Origin: a virus
Length of the DNA stretch: 64,000 bases
Strand: one strand, 5' to 3'
IMG/VR virus record: IMGVR_UViG_3300045051_000987
Coordinates: 32,001 to 96,000 of that record
Part shown: positions 45,520-55,420 of the stretch, piece by piece
Layout: the number at the start of each line of letters is the position of its first letter
Position numbering within the stretch: position 1 is the first letter of the stretch
Program-made: the position numbers and the translations under genes
The notes under the pieces: model-generated
Database searches by the model: none
What the model was told of the DNA's origin: nothing
The model's input: the letters and a program-made list of their open reading frames with translations, nothing else

Positions 45520-46289
45520 ACCTCCACGATCAGGAAGCCGTGCCCGCCGTCCTTCGCTTCACCGAACGTGAAGGTGATCGGCGCGCCGGGGATCTCGATG
45601 TCGAGCTCGCCACGTCGGATCGTCTGCCGCGCGTGGTAGTGCCCATTCACGACGAGCGCCGGCCGGAGCTCCTCGACGAGCTGCACGGGGAAGGGCACCT
45701 CGCGCCCGTGGGCCATGTCGGTCGACTCCGATCCGGGGTGCATCCCGTCGAAGGAGAGGTGCCCACCGACGACGATCTTGAACCCGCCGTTGCGTAGCTT
45801 GTGCGCGCGCTCGAAGGCCTCACCGAGAGCTCGCCGGTAGTCGTCGGTGCGCTCGTACGCGCGCGAGACGTACGGGAGCGCGAGGTAGGCGACCTGTCCG
45901 AGCTCGAGCACCGTCGGCGCCTCGAGCACACGCACGCATCGCGGATCGGTCACGCGGAGCGGGCTGAGCGTGCTCATCGGGCTCGAGGTGTCGATCACGT
46001 CGTGGTTGCCGGGGATCGCGACGAGCCCGCACGACATCGACGACGTGCGACCCACGCGCGTCGCGGCGCCGAGATGCAGGAAGCTCTCGTAGACGAACGT
46101 CGCCCAGCGCGCGTCTTGGATCGAGCCCGGATCCCACAGGTCGCCGAGGTTGAGCACCGTGTCGACCTCGTGCTCGTGGATCGCGGTCTCGAGCGCCGAC
46201 ACGTACTCCGCGAGCTCGGGGAGCCGCTCGACGCCCGCGGTGATCGCGTCCACGTGCCAGTCGGACGTGATGAGGAAGCGCGACGTCAT
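45516..46289 (-). CDS. sbcD: SbcD/Mre11-like metallophosphoesterase nuclease
   Basis: SDWH, LGDLWD, PGNHD, GH, NGHYH, TFGE. Confidence 0.88.
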   Translation of the reverse strand: MTSRFLITSDWHVDAITAGVERLPELAEYVSALETAIHEHEVDTVLNLGDLWDPGSIQDARWATFVYESFLHLGAATRVGRTSSMSCGLVAIPGNHDVIDTSSPMSTLSPLRVTDPRCVRVLEAPTVLELGQVAYLALPYVSRAYERTDDYRRALGEAFERAHKLRNGGFKIVVGGHLSFDGMHPGSESTDMAHGREVPFPVQLVEELRPALVVNGHYHARQTIRRGELDIEIPGAPITFTFGEAKDGGHGFLIVEV

Positions 46290-46666
46290 GACTTCGCCTC
46301 GGGCGCGCTCGTCTTCGCACCGCACGCCTTGCACGTGAGGATCGTCGTCCGACCGTCGAGGTAGTAGGGCTCGTGGTTCCCGTTCCGATCGGGATGCGTG
46401 CACGGTTCATCCCACGCGGGCCGACCATCCTCGGTCGCCTGTTCCTTCACGATGTCCGCGCGCCTCTCGCGCTGTCGCGCGATCGAGCTCTTCATCGCGG
46501 TGATCTTGCGGATGACGTTCTGCACGATCGGCGAGCGCATCATGAGCCGCGCATCGCCACCGCGAAGGAGCGTCGCGAAGAGCTCACCGAGGCCATCGAC
46601 CTCTTCGGCCGTGAACGACGTCGATGCAGCGAGGCGGACGTCAGCGAGAGGGGAACGACGCGACAT
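46286..46666 (-). CDS. Hypothetical protein
   Basis: Start MSRRSP; C-terminal CKACG; ATGA overlap. Confidence 0.5.
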   Translation of the reverse strand: MSRRSPLADVRLAASTSFTAEEVDGLGELFATLLRGGDARLMMRSPIVQNVIRKITAMKSSIARQRERRADIVKEQATEDGRPAWDEPCTHPDRNGNHEPYYLDGRTTILTCKACGAKTSAPEAKS

Positions 46667-46667
46667 G

Positions 46668-47888
46668 TCAGAGAGCTCCGATCTTCGTGTTGATCTCCGC
46701 GAGGAGCGCGGTGAGCGCCTCGCGATCCTTCGTGAGCGCAGCGACGGCGTTGTGGTCGCCGTTCCATCGCTTCTTCCGCCACGTGTACCAAGACCCTGCG
46801 AGGTCGATGATCCCGAGCTCCTTGCCCACGAGGATCGCATCGCGCGCGGTGTCGAAGCCCTCGGGCACGAGCTTGCCGTTGCTCATGTGGAACGTCGCAT
46901 CCGTGTGGTCGGTCTCCATCATCCCGACCTTCGACTTCCAGATCCTCATGCGGTGCGCGAAGCCGAAGACCTTCTTCGACGCGCCCTCACCCAACTCGAT
47001 CGCGCGACCCTTCATCACGCGGATGATCAGGCTCGCGTCGTACTGACTCGCGGCGCCTCCCTTGAGCGTCGGTTGCTCCCACGGCTTGAGGTCGTCGGCG
47101 TCACGTTCCTGCACGATGATCACGAACGCGGTCTCGGCCGCGCCGAGCATCGGCACGATGTGATCGAGCCACGCCTGGTTCATCGCCGCGCGGTAGCGGC
47201 CCCAGCCCTTGTCGATCGCATCACCGCCCTCGGCCTGTAGCTTCTTGAGCTCCCTCTCGGGCACGAGCTTGTTGAGCGAGTCGACGATCATGAGGCCCGC
47301 GAGATCGAGCTCGGGCGGAAGCGGGGGGAGCTTCGCGTCCTTCTTGAGCTTGAGGTGCTCGCGCCAGTACTCGAAGCGCGCCTTCCTCTCTGCGACCATC
47401 CACCCGAGGAAGGTGTCGACCTTGTCGATCGTCTCCTCGTACGTCTTCGGTCGCTCCGCGAAGAAGTTGGGGAACTCGGAGGCCGGCCGGCCGAGGAACT
47501 CGTCGACCCACTTGAGGTCCGTCGCGTGCTCTGCGTCGATGTACGACGCAGCGTGATCCTGCTCGATGAAGCTGCGGATGAAGCCGCCGATCGCAGCCGT
47601 CTTGCCGCCGTGCGTCGGGCCGTGAACCGTCGTGATGCGTCGAACGGGGAGACCGCCGACGCGTGTGGCCTTGTTGAAGTGCGGGAAGATCGTTGGGACC
47701 GCGCGCACGCGATCGAGCACGTCGCTCGCCTTACCCCATCCCTCCGGCATCTTGCCCGAGAGCGCGCGGAAGCCGGTCTTCACGAGCGGCGCGGGGGGCG
47801 GGATCGTTCCGGCCTCCACCGGGTTCGTGGGCGCTTCCTTCTTCGGGGCCTTCTTCGAGCTCGGTGTCGGCTTGCTGCGGCTCTTCAT
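46668..47888 (-). CDS. recA: RecA-like recombinase
   Basis: GGLPVRRITTVHGPTHGGKT, YIDAEH, IVDSL, KGGAASQYDASL, KSKVG, AGSWY. Confidence 0.88.
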   Translation of the reverse strand: MKSRSKPTPSSKKAPKKEAPTNPVEAGTIPPPAPLVKTGFRALSGKMPEGWGKASDVLDRVRAVPTIFPHFNKATRVGGLPVRRITTVHGPTHGGKTAAIGGFIRSFIEQDHAASYIDAEHATDLKWVDEFLGRPASEFPNFFAERPKTYEETIDKVDTFLGWMVAERKARFEYWREHLKLKKDAKLPPLPPELDLAGLMIVDSLNKLVPERELKKLQAEGGDAIDKGWGRYRAAMNQAWLDHIVPMLGAAETAFVIIVQERDADDLKPWEQPTLKGGAASQYDASLIIRVMKGRAIELGEGASKKVFGFAHRMRIWKSKVGMMETDHTDATFHMSNGKLVPEGFDTARDAILVGKELGIIDLAGSWYTWRKKRWNGDHNAVAALTKDREALTALLAEINTKIGAL

Positions 47889-47978
47889 CGTGGACCCATC
47901 ATACCGCCGAACGCACGAAGGCCCGGGGAGGTCACCCGCCCCGGGCCCACGCACGCGCGTGCATCGCAGTCGACGTGA

Positions 47979-49616
47979 TCAGAAGGGGATGTCGTCGCCC
48001 TGATCACACCCGCAGTTGTCACACTTCACGACGGGCTTGCCATCCTCTTCGACCTTGCGAAGCTTGCCCTTCGTCCCGCAGCCGATGCACTTCCGCTCGG
48101 TGATGTCGGCCACCTCCGCCTGCTCCTCGGCCGAGCGAGCCGAGGGACGCTGCGCGCCGCTCGAGGTCGGCTTCGCAGTCGTCGTCGGTGCCGGATCGGG
48201 CTCGACCACCTCGGGCCCGATCTCGTACTCCGTCCCGCACTTCGGGCACTTCGCGTCCGTGGGGAGGAGCATGTAGTCGCACGAGCCGCCGTCGGGCCCG
48301 TCGCACGGGATCCGCTCGGGCTCGGGCGGAGCCTTCGGCTTCGCCGGCTCCTCGGTCGCGACCTTCTTCCGACGCGGCTGAGGCCCGCTGCTCGTCGCAG
48401 GCGCCGCGCTCGACGTGCCGGGGCGCGTCGGTCCGCTCGTCGACGCTGCGGGGCGTGCAGCGCCACCGGGAGCCGCGCCGGGGCGCGTGACCTGCGTGCC
48501 CTCGGTGCGACCCTCGCCGCTCGGACGCGGCGAGCTGCTCGAGACGCGCGCACCACCCGCGAGGATCGCGCCCGTGAGAAGCGACTTTCGGATGTCGCTG
48601 TCGGGCGAGAAGATCGCGTCGAGAGGGAGCTCGATCTGCGCCGCGGTCTCGAAGACCTGACGGATCTTGTCCATGTCGCCGTCGTTGACCTTCGTCATCG
48701 ACGCGGTCTCGGGCGCCTCGACCTTCTCCCACGTGTCGCCCTCGGCCGGCTCGCCGCCGATCGCCTGCCAGATCTCGTCGGTGCACTGGTGCTTGTCCAT
48801 CCGGAAGGCGTCGTAGCTGTTCATCGGGCTCGTCGCGCCGTCGATGTACTTCCACCGGATGCAGTAGGGGTGCTGGAACGGATCACCCTGCTCGCCACGC
48901 GACTCGATCTCGCGCTTGATCACCGCGCGCATCTTGTCGCCGAGGAGCTTCGTCTCGCGCGCGATCTTCGGACCCTCGCCCGGCTTCGCGTTGTTCACGA
49001 CGACGAAGAGGTATTCGAGCTTCGTGTCGAGCGAGTGCCCTCGGTTCTTCTTGCCGCGCTTCACCTGACGCGAGGCCTCGCCGACCGTCCACGAGATCAG
49101 CTCGCCCTTGTTCTTGTGGTCGACCCACTCGAAGAGCACCTGATCGGGCTCGAGGATCTTCTTCTCGATCGCCCACCACAGATACTCGCGGAGGAGCAGG
49201 AACGGGTCGGTGATGATCAGCGGCTTGCCGAACTCGTCGCGCAGAGGCTTCGACGTCTTCGGATCCTTGTTCACGATCTCCGACATCACGCCGGCCATCG
49301 CGCCGCCCTTCTCCTTGAAGAACTGGTTCGCGTTGATGTTCGGCTGATCGGGCGAGACGAAGCGCGGCCATGTAAGCTTCGGCACCTTGCGGCCCGTCTT
49401 CTCGCCGTCCTGGTTCTTCTCGTCGTACTCGACCTCGAGCGGGATCTGATGACCGTTCACCGGGCGAATGCGCGACTCGGTGTGTAGCCAGATATCGATC
49501 TCGCCGACCTTCTTCCACTTGTCGAAGAACTGCCCACCACCACCGCGGAAGCTGTCCGGGTCGTGATCGAGAAAGTCCTGCAAGCCCAAGCCATCATCGT
49601 CGTCGTCGTACGCCAT
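47979..49616 (-). CDS. Putative phage ssDNA-binding protein with Zn ribbons and DDIPF tail
   Basis: Lies between recA and polymerase; ends GDDIPF like bacterial SSB; start MAYDDD after GGAGAG. Confidence 0.55.
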   Translation of the reverse strand: MAYDDDDDGLGLQDFLDHDPDSFRGGGGQFFDKWKKVGEIDIWLHTESRIRPVNGHQIPLEVEYDEKNQDGEKTGRKVPKLTWPRFVSPDQPNINANQFFKEKGGAMAGVMSEIVNKDPKTSKPLRDEFGKPLIITDPFLLLREYLWWAIEKKILEPDQVLFEWVDHKNKGELISWTVGEASRQVKRGKKNRGHSLDTKLEYLFVVVNNAKPGEGPKIARETKLLGDKMRAVIKREIESRGEQGDPFQHPYCIRWKYIDGATSPMNSYDAFRMDKHQCTDEIWQAIGGEPAEGDTWEKVEAPETASMTKVNDGDMDKIRQVFETAAQIELPLDAIFSPDSDIRKSLLTGAILAGGARVSSSSPRPSGEGRTEGTQVTRPGAAPGGAARPAASTSGPTRPGTSSAAPATSSGPQPRRKKVATEEPAKPKAPPEPERIPCDGPDGGSCDYMLLPTDAKCPKCGTEYEIGPEVVEPDPAPTTTAKPTSSGAQRPSARSAEEQAEVADITERKCIGCGTKGKLRKVEEDGKPVVKCDNCGCDQGDDIPF

Positions 49617-49732
49617 CGTCTTCTCTCCAACATCACCCCGCGCTCGGCGGAGCCATCGAGGGCCGTTCGGCCCGTGTACGTCGTAGACGGCCACAGGCAC
49701 CGTCGACTGACGTCCGCATCATGCCGCGCGCG

Positions 49733-50410
49733 CTACCTCCCGCGAAGACCTTCGGCGAGGGTCCTCAGCGAGCTCGCACGACTCCTCCACGCGGTCGCGA
49801 GCTCCTCGACCACCGCGCGCGCGGCGTGGAACTCCTCGCTCCGACGCTCGAGACTCCGCACCTCGTCGGGCCACGTCGCCATCACCGCGTCACGCACCTC
49901 CTCGAGCGTGGCCTTACCGAGCGACTTCGAGCCCGATGCCTGCGCGGCCGCGCGCTTCTCCGCTTCGATCTTCGATCGCGCCTCGGTGCGGAGCACCTCG
50001 AGCTTGAGCTGGATCTCTCGGTCGGCTTCCTGCTCCGCGAGCTTCGCCGCGCGCACGAGGATCGACGCCTCGAAGAACCGCCGATCGGCGACCTCGAGCG
50101 CTGACGCGATCTCCGCGTAGCTCGTGTGATCGCCGATCGCGAGCTGCGACTCGAGGCGCTCGAACGTCGTCTTCGGATCGACGTTGATCACGCGCTCGGT
50201 GATCGTGCTCCACGGGCCGAGGATCGGCGCCGAGAACGCGCTGCTCGGCGCGCCGTCGACGTCATCGGTCGGTTCGTGTTCACCCGGGTGAACAGGCTCA
50301 CGCGCCTTCGGTGGCGGGAGCTCCATCCCCCCGCCCGCGTTCGGGTCGGGGATCAGCTCCGCCGCTCGGGTCGCTGCTTCTGTCGTGCTCACCTTCTTGC
50401 GCCGTTCCAT
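49733..50410 (-). CDS. Helical protein, possible UvsY-like recombination mediator
   Basis: Coiled coil ending AWRSRASSLRTLA; genomic position. Confidence 0.45.
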   Translation of the reverse strand: MERRKKVSTTEAATRAAELIPDPNAGGGMELPPPKAREPVHPGEHEPTDDVDGAPSSAFSAPILGPWSTITERVINVDPKTTFERLESQLAIGDHTSYAEIASALEVADRRFFEASILVRAAKLAEQEADREIQLKLEVLRTEARSKIEAEKRAAAQASGSKSLGKATLEEVRDAVMATWPDEVRSLERRSEEFHAARAVVEELATAWRSRASSLRTLAEGLRGR

Positions 50411-53400
50411 CCTGCTCCTCCTTCGCGGGCTCTGCGTCCCGCAGCCGACCTACACCGACCACGCGCTCGATCGCGAAGCGCGCGCGCTCACTGCGGGCCA
50501 CGAGGCCCGCGTCTTCGTCGCGGATGTGGTTGTTGTTCACGCGATCGACGATGCGGATCGTGAGCGGCGAGCGACCGGGGTACGCGACCACCGCGGCCTT
50601 GAGCGCCTCGACCATGCGCGCGAGCTTCGCCTCAGCGAAGTCGATCGGGAGGTCAGGGAGGTACGCCGTCGCGACGAGCCCGAGCTCGAGCGGGGGAGGC
50701 TTGCGCGGCGCGCGCGGCTTCTTCGGCTTGGCGGGCTTCTGCGCCGGTGCCGGGCTCACGGTGGGCGTCGAGGCCTCGACGGGCGCTGAGGGCAACGTCG
50801 GCGCGGGGCGCGGGGTCTCGAGGTGCGGGCTCGACTGCGGCTCGAAGCCGAAGAGCGGGAGGCCCTCCATCGCCTTCGCAGGGTCGCGCTTGCGCTCGAC
50901 GCTCGCGATCTCCTTCTCGATCGCGGCCGCGAGCTTGCGACGGCTCGCCGCCGTCTCCTTCCACTTCTCGGTCGGGTAGACCGCATCGAGGAGGCGCGCA
51001 GTCGGTGGGAGGATCTTCTTGTCCCAGTAGTAGTCGCGATCGATGCGCTCGAGCGCGCCGGGGTCGTACGCCGGCACACCGATGAGCTTGCCGTCGTCAT
51101 CCTCGTCGTCTTCGGGTCGACCGGCGATCAAGTACTCGATGCGCGTGCCCTCGGTGACCTGCACGCCGCGCTCGACGAGGATCTTCGCCACGCGCACGTG
51201 CACGGGCTGCGATGCGATCTTCCGCTCGGCCCCGCACCGCGGACAGAGCTTCGACGTCTCCTCGTCGTAGTGCGTGCTCCCGAACTCGTAGCCGCACGAC
51301 TTCATCCCCTTCTTCGTCTTCGTGCCCGGCGTCTGGATCTTGTTCGTGCACCGCGGGGACGTGAAGCGCGTTGCGTACTCGCCGAGGTTCTTCACCGACT
51401 GCGAGAGCACGATCTCCTCGATCGTGAGCGGAGCTTCGAGGATGCGTGCACGCCACCGCGCCACGAGCTCGTGGAAGACGTCGGCGCTCGGGGGAGGACG
51501 ATCGATGTCGAGGAGCAGCTCGATCACCTCGTGCTGCATGTCGCGCGCGAGCTTGAGCGCGTCGCCGCGCTTGTACTCGAGCCCCTTCACCTCGGGCTTG
51601 AGGTCGGCCTTCGCGACCTTGCCCTTCTTCATCGCGAAGCGCGCCGCATAGCGCTTCTTCCCGACGAGCACGAGACGCCGGAAGCTCTTCTCGAAGTCGA
51701 GCTTCACCCGGCTCTCGAGGCACCCCATGCGCGCGAGCAGTGGAGGCCAGCTCTCGTTCAGCGAGGCGACGATGTTGCCGAAGAGCTTCATCTCCTCCGC
51801 GACGCGCTCAGGATCGCGCACGGCCGGCGAGCTCTTCGCCATCGCGAAGACCGAGTCGGTGTCGCCGTAGATCGCCTCGAGCTCTCCCGTCGCTTCGACG
51901 GTCGCCATCACGTGTCGAAGGAGCCACTGACCCGTGAGCGTCACGCCTCCCGCGACGGCTGGCTCGAAGAAGCGCGTGAACGACGATCCGACGATGCCGT
52001 AGAACGAATTCGCGATGATCTTGTACGCCGCCGAGAGGCGCTCGTACTTGCTCCGCTCGGTCGATCCGAGCTCCGCCGCCTCGGCCTTCTTCGTGTACTC
52101 CGCGCGGTTCGCTACGAGCGTGTCGAGCGCCTCCGCGAAGATGCCGCGCCGATCAGTGCGGAAAAACGTCTCGCGCTCCTTCATCGGGAGCTTCGCCATC
52201 GGCACACCCTCGGCCTGTAGGCGCTTCACGTGGAACGGGGGCACGTACGTCTCGAGGCTCATGTTCCACGAGCGCATGATCGACGGGTACATGCCCGCGA
52301 AGTCGCACACGTGAACGTCGTCGAGCGCGCCCGTGCGCTTCGGCTCGAGCACGAAGGCGCCGTCGTACTGCTCCGGCTCGGGGCCGTCGTCGTAGGTCTT
52401 CGTCGGCCATCGGTAGCCGCGCGCCGCGCCGAGCGCGAGGAGGTAGCCGTCGCCCTGCTGAGCTGCGCCGAGTGACCTCGAGTCGGGGAAGCAGCGCGTC
52501 ACCTGACACACCGCGATGTGCAGCGCGACGAAGCCCGTCTTCGCCTCGATCTTCGCCATGAGAAGCGTGTCGTCTTCGTTGTACGAGAGGAGCTTCGCGC
52601 GCTGCTCGCCTCCCGCGGCCCACGCCTCCCACGTGTGAGCGCTGTCGAAGTCGGTCTTCCCCTCGCCGACGACGAACTGACCGATCGCGTTCAGGCTGAA
52701 CGAGCTCCGCTCCTCGCCGCTCTCGTGGGCCTGGTTGTACTTCTTGAAGGCCTCCATGTGATCGAGCCAGCACCACCGATTCCAGATCGGGAGACGCCCG
52801 TTCTCGAGCTTCACGCGGAGCTTGTTCATCCGCATCTCGAGGCACGGGAAGTCGAAGGCGTCGCCGTTCCACGAGAGCACGAGGTCGAAGCCGTGGAGCT
52901 GCTCGAAGAGCTCACGGATCAGCTCGCGCTCGGACGCGTCGGTGTCCTCTGCGAGGATCGCGCTCGCGACCTTCTTCACCGAGCCGTCGACGAGCGTCGC
53001 GAGGCACCACGAGAGGATCCGAGCCTTGCCCGAGGTCATGTCGTCGAAGCGCTTGCGCGAGTCGACCTCGAGATCGAGGTAGACGCTGCGCGGCGTCCCG
53101 ATCGAGATCATCGGCATGTCGGAGAGGAAGCGACGCAGCGGCCCGACGTCGCCCTCGAAGATCCCGCCCTGGTAGAGCTTCGTGTCGTCCTCCTCGAAGA
53201 GGACATCCATCTTCCTCGCCTTGATCGCTTCGACGATGCGCTCGTTCACCGCCTTGCGCGCGAAGCGGTTCTTGAAGTCGACGCGCGTGTAGCCGTTCAC
53301 CGCATCGTGCTCGACGCGCACGACATCGCGAGAGCGCGAGAGCGCCTGTCGATCGCGCTCATCCATCCCGCGGAAGAACGACGTCCAACGAGCGGGGAAG

Positions 53401-53483
53401 CGGCGCGCAGACACGTGATCGCCATCGCGCTCGACGAGGAACACGTGCTCGTCGTCAGACCAGCCGGAAACGATCTCGGACAT
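50298..53483 (-). CDS. polB: DNA polymerase family B
   Basis: Exo DLEVD, WNGDAFD, YNEDD; Pol DFAGMYPSIM, KIIANSFYG, YGDTDS, KKRY, KGLE. Confidence 0.96.
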   Translation of the reverse strand: MSEIVSGWSDDEHVFLVERDGDHVSARRFPARWTSFFRGMDERDRQALSRSRDVVRVEHDAVNGYTRVDFKNRFARKAVNERIVEAIKARKMDVLFEEDDTKLYQGGIFEGDVGPLRRFLSDMPMISIGTPRSVYLDLEVDSRKRFDDMTSGKARILSWCLATLVDGSVKKVASAILAEDTDASERELIRELFEQLHGFDLVLSWNGDAFDFPCLEMRMNKLRVKLENGRLPIWNRWCWLDHMEAFKKYNQAHESGEERSSFSLNAIGQFVVGEGKTDFDSAHTWEAWAAGGEQRAKLLSYNEDDTLLMAKIEAKTGFVALHIAVCQVTRCFPDSRSLGAAQQGDGYLLALGAARGYRWPTKTYDDGPEPEQYDGAFVLEPKRTGALDDVHVCDFAGMYPSIMRSWNMSLETYVPPFHVKRLQAEGVPMAKLPMKERETFFRTDRRGIFAEALDTLVANRAEYTKKAEAAELGSTERSKYERLSAAYKIIANSFYGIVGSSFTRFFEPAVAGGVTLTGQWLLRHVMATVEATGELEAIYGDTDSVFAMAKSSPAVRDPERVAEEMKLFGNIVASLNESWPPLLARMGCLESRVKLDFEKSFRRLVLVGKKRYAARFAMKKGKVAKADLKPEVKGLEYKRGDALKLARDMQHEVIELLLDIDRPPPSADVFHELVARWRARILEAPLTIEEIVLSQSVKNLGEYATRFTSPRCTNKIQTPGTKTKKGMKSCGYEFGSTHYDEETSKLCPRCGAERKIASQPVHVRVAKILVERGVQVTEGTRIEYLIAGRPEDDEDDDGKLIGVPAYDPGALERIDRDYYWDKKILPPTARLLDAVYPTEKWKETAASRRKLAAAIEKEIASVERKRDPAKAMEGLPLFGFEPQSSPHLETPRPAPTLPSAPVEASTPTVSPAPAQKPAKPKKPRAPRKPPPLELGLVATAYLPDLPIDFAEAKLARMVEALKAAVVAYPGRSPLTIRIVDRVNNNHIRDEDAGLVARSERARFAIERVVGVGRLRDAEPAKEEQDGTAQEGEHDRSSDPSGGADPRPERGRGDGAPATEGA

Positions 53484-53510
53484 CGCGTCATCATGCCGCC
53501 GGAACGACAA

Positions 53511-53536
53511 CGGCCCCGAGCGCGAGCTCGAGGCCG
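53511..53536 (-). terminator. Probable stem-loop terminator
   Basis: CGGCCTCGAGC-TCGC-GCTCGGGGCCG followed by TTGTCGTT, after the gene ending at 53563. Confidence 0.45.
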
Positions 53537-53562
53537 AAGGCGTCAGGACGATCCTTGTGGGT

Positions 53563-54759
53563 TCACTCGACGCGGATGAACGACACCGCGACGCCGACGA
53601 TCGCGCCGTCCTTGTCGTGCTTGAGCGCGATGCGCTGCTTCACGTTCTCGCTGATGTGGAGCTCGGCATAGGCGTCGTCCTTGTGGGCCTGGATCGGACG
53701 ACCCGACGCCGCGCTGCGCCACGCGATCACCTGAGGCTTCGATCCGACCTTCGCAAGGAGCGTGATCTCGTTGCCGCTCTTCTTCGGCGCCGCGGTCTTG
53801 TCCTTCGCGCTCGAGCTCGGCGCCTTCGGCTTCGTTCGCCCGTTGCCCGACTCGTTCGCCTCCGCGCGGTGGCGCTCGATCTCCTTCGTCGACGCACCCG
53901 CGGCCGCCGCGTTCAGCGCGTCCGTGCGCGCCTCGGAGTCGGTGATGCCCGAGATCAGCGCGAGCTTCTTCGAGCCGATCTTCTCGAACGTCGCGCGATC
54001 GAACTGCTTCACGATGTCGATCAGCCGGTAGGCGAGCGTGCGGCCGATGTCGAGCTCCTTCTCGACGAAGGTCTTGAAGCTGTCGTGCCCGTTCGCCTTC
54101 CACCGACTGTCCTTGTAGATCTCGGTGAGCTCGAGGCCGAGGTCGAAGCTGTTCATCGCGAGGTTCGTCTTGAGCTCGTTGATCCGAGCGACCGACGCAT
54201 CGAGCTTCTTCTTCGCCGCCTCGATGCCACCCGTCGACGCCGTAATCTCGGTCACGGGCTCGGGCTTCTTCGCACCCTTCGCCGGCTTCTCGGCCTTCGC
54301 CTTCGGCTGAGGAGGGGTCTCCTCGGTCTCCTCGGTCTTCGCAGTCGTAGTCGCGGCCGCTTCCGCAGCCTCCGCCGCGCCCGTCTCGTCGGAGGGCGTG
54401 CCCTCGTCACCGCAGAAGGGGCAGAAGTCGGTGTCTTCGGTCGAGACCTCGCCGCAGACGTTCTCGCACTTGATCATCGAGTCTTCGCTCATGCCCTCGA
54501 GCCGCTTGCCGAGCTCCTTGCGCACGAGCTCGAGGAGCTTCGACGTCGGCGCCTTCGCGTCGAACTTCACCTCGTACTTCTCGAGAGCGCGCGCGAGCGA
54601 TTCGCGATTCGCGGGCGTCTTGCCGTCCGAGAGCATCACCACCTCGGCACCCTTGCCGCCCTCGATCACCGAGAGGTTGTTCGGGTTCGGCTTCTTCGCC
54701 GCTCCGCTCTTCTTCGCCACCACCGCCGGAGCCGCCGCCTGATTCTTCTTCGTCGCCAT
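53563..54759 (-). CDS. DNA-binding protein with Zn ribbon and ParB/plasmid-partition-like HTH
   Basis: LGLELTEIYKDSRWKANGHDSFKTFVEKELDIGRTLAYRLI...IGSKKLALI; CENVCG...CPFCG. Confidence 0.6.
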   Translation of the reverse strand: MATKKNQAAAPAVVAKKSGAAKKPNPNNLSVIEGGKGAEVVMLSDGKTPANRESLARALEKYEVKFDAKAPTSKLLELVRKELGKRLEGMSEDSMIKCENVCGEVSTEDTDFCPFCGDEGTPSDETGAAEAAEAAATTTAKTEETEETPPQPKAKAEKPAKGAKKPEPVTEITASTGGIEAAKKKLDASVARINELKTNLAMNSFDLGLELTEIYKDSRWKANGHDSFKTFVEKELDIGRTLAYRLIDIVKQFDRATFEKIGSKKLALISGITDSEARTDALNAAAAGASTKEIERHRAEANESGNGRTKPKAPSSSAKDKTAAPKKSGNEITLLAKVGSKPQVIAWRSAASGRPIQAHKDDAYAELHISENVKQRIALKHDKDGAIVGVAVSFIRVE

Positions 54760-54788
54760 CTCTTCCTCCGCTGCTTCGATCGTGTTCT

Positions 54789-55418
54789 TCAACGCGCCTC
54801 TGAGGCGCTCGTCACTCTGCGGACCGCGGCGCCGACCATCCGGCGCGCGTGTCCTTCGGAATCCATGCGATACGTGAGCCGCGCGTCGAAGTCCGCGTAG
54901 ATCGTCATCGCCGTCTCGTCGATGCTGCGCCCCTCGAGCACGAGCTCGACCGCGAGCCGCTCAAGGCCCTTGAGCTCGCTCACGAGGCGCGCAGCACGCT
55001 CGCGCATCTCAACGATCGTCTCGAGACTCACGCCCTCGGGCTCGATCGCTTCGAGCGCTTCCACGACGTCGACGGCGACCTGACGAGCAGGATCGCGACG
55101 GCGCGGGTCGGGGTAGCCGGCGACCTGACGAAGGCGCCGCTGACACGCACGACCGAGCTGCGCGTCGACGTAGGGCACGAGCGCCGCGCGCTCCGGATCC
55201 CACGAGTCGACAGCGCGCCACAGCGCGACGAGCATCTCCTGGATCAGATCCTCAGCGTCGAGGCTCGTCTGCCCGCTCCACATCCACACGCGGAGGAACC
55301 GCTTCGCGCGGAGCTCGAGCGCGGGGCGGATGTCGCGCGTGAGCTGATCGAAGGTGAGGGTGCCCACCCGAAGCGCCTCGAGCGCGCTTCGGTGGGATGC
55401 GAGATTGCTCGGACGCAT
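54789..55418 (-). CDS. Phage RNA polymerase sigma-70 family factor
   Basis: Region 2 DAEDLIQEMLVALWRAVDSWDPER...YV; degenerate region 4 LKGLERLAVELVLEGRSIDETA. Confidence 0.8.
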   Translation of the reverse strand: MRPSNLASHRSALEALRVGTLTFDQLTRDIRPALELRAKRFLRVWMWSGQTSLDAEDLIQEMLVALWRAVDSWDPERAALVPYVDAQLGRACQRRLRQVAGYPDPRRRDPARQVAVDVVEALEAIEPEGVSLETIVEMRERAARLVSELKGLERLAVELVLEGRSIDETAMTIYADFDARLTYRMDSEGHARRMVGAAVRRVTSASEAR

Positions 55419-55420
55419 GA

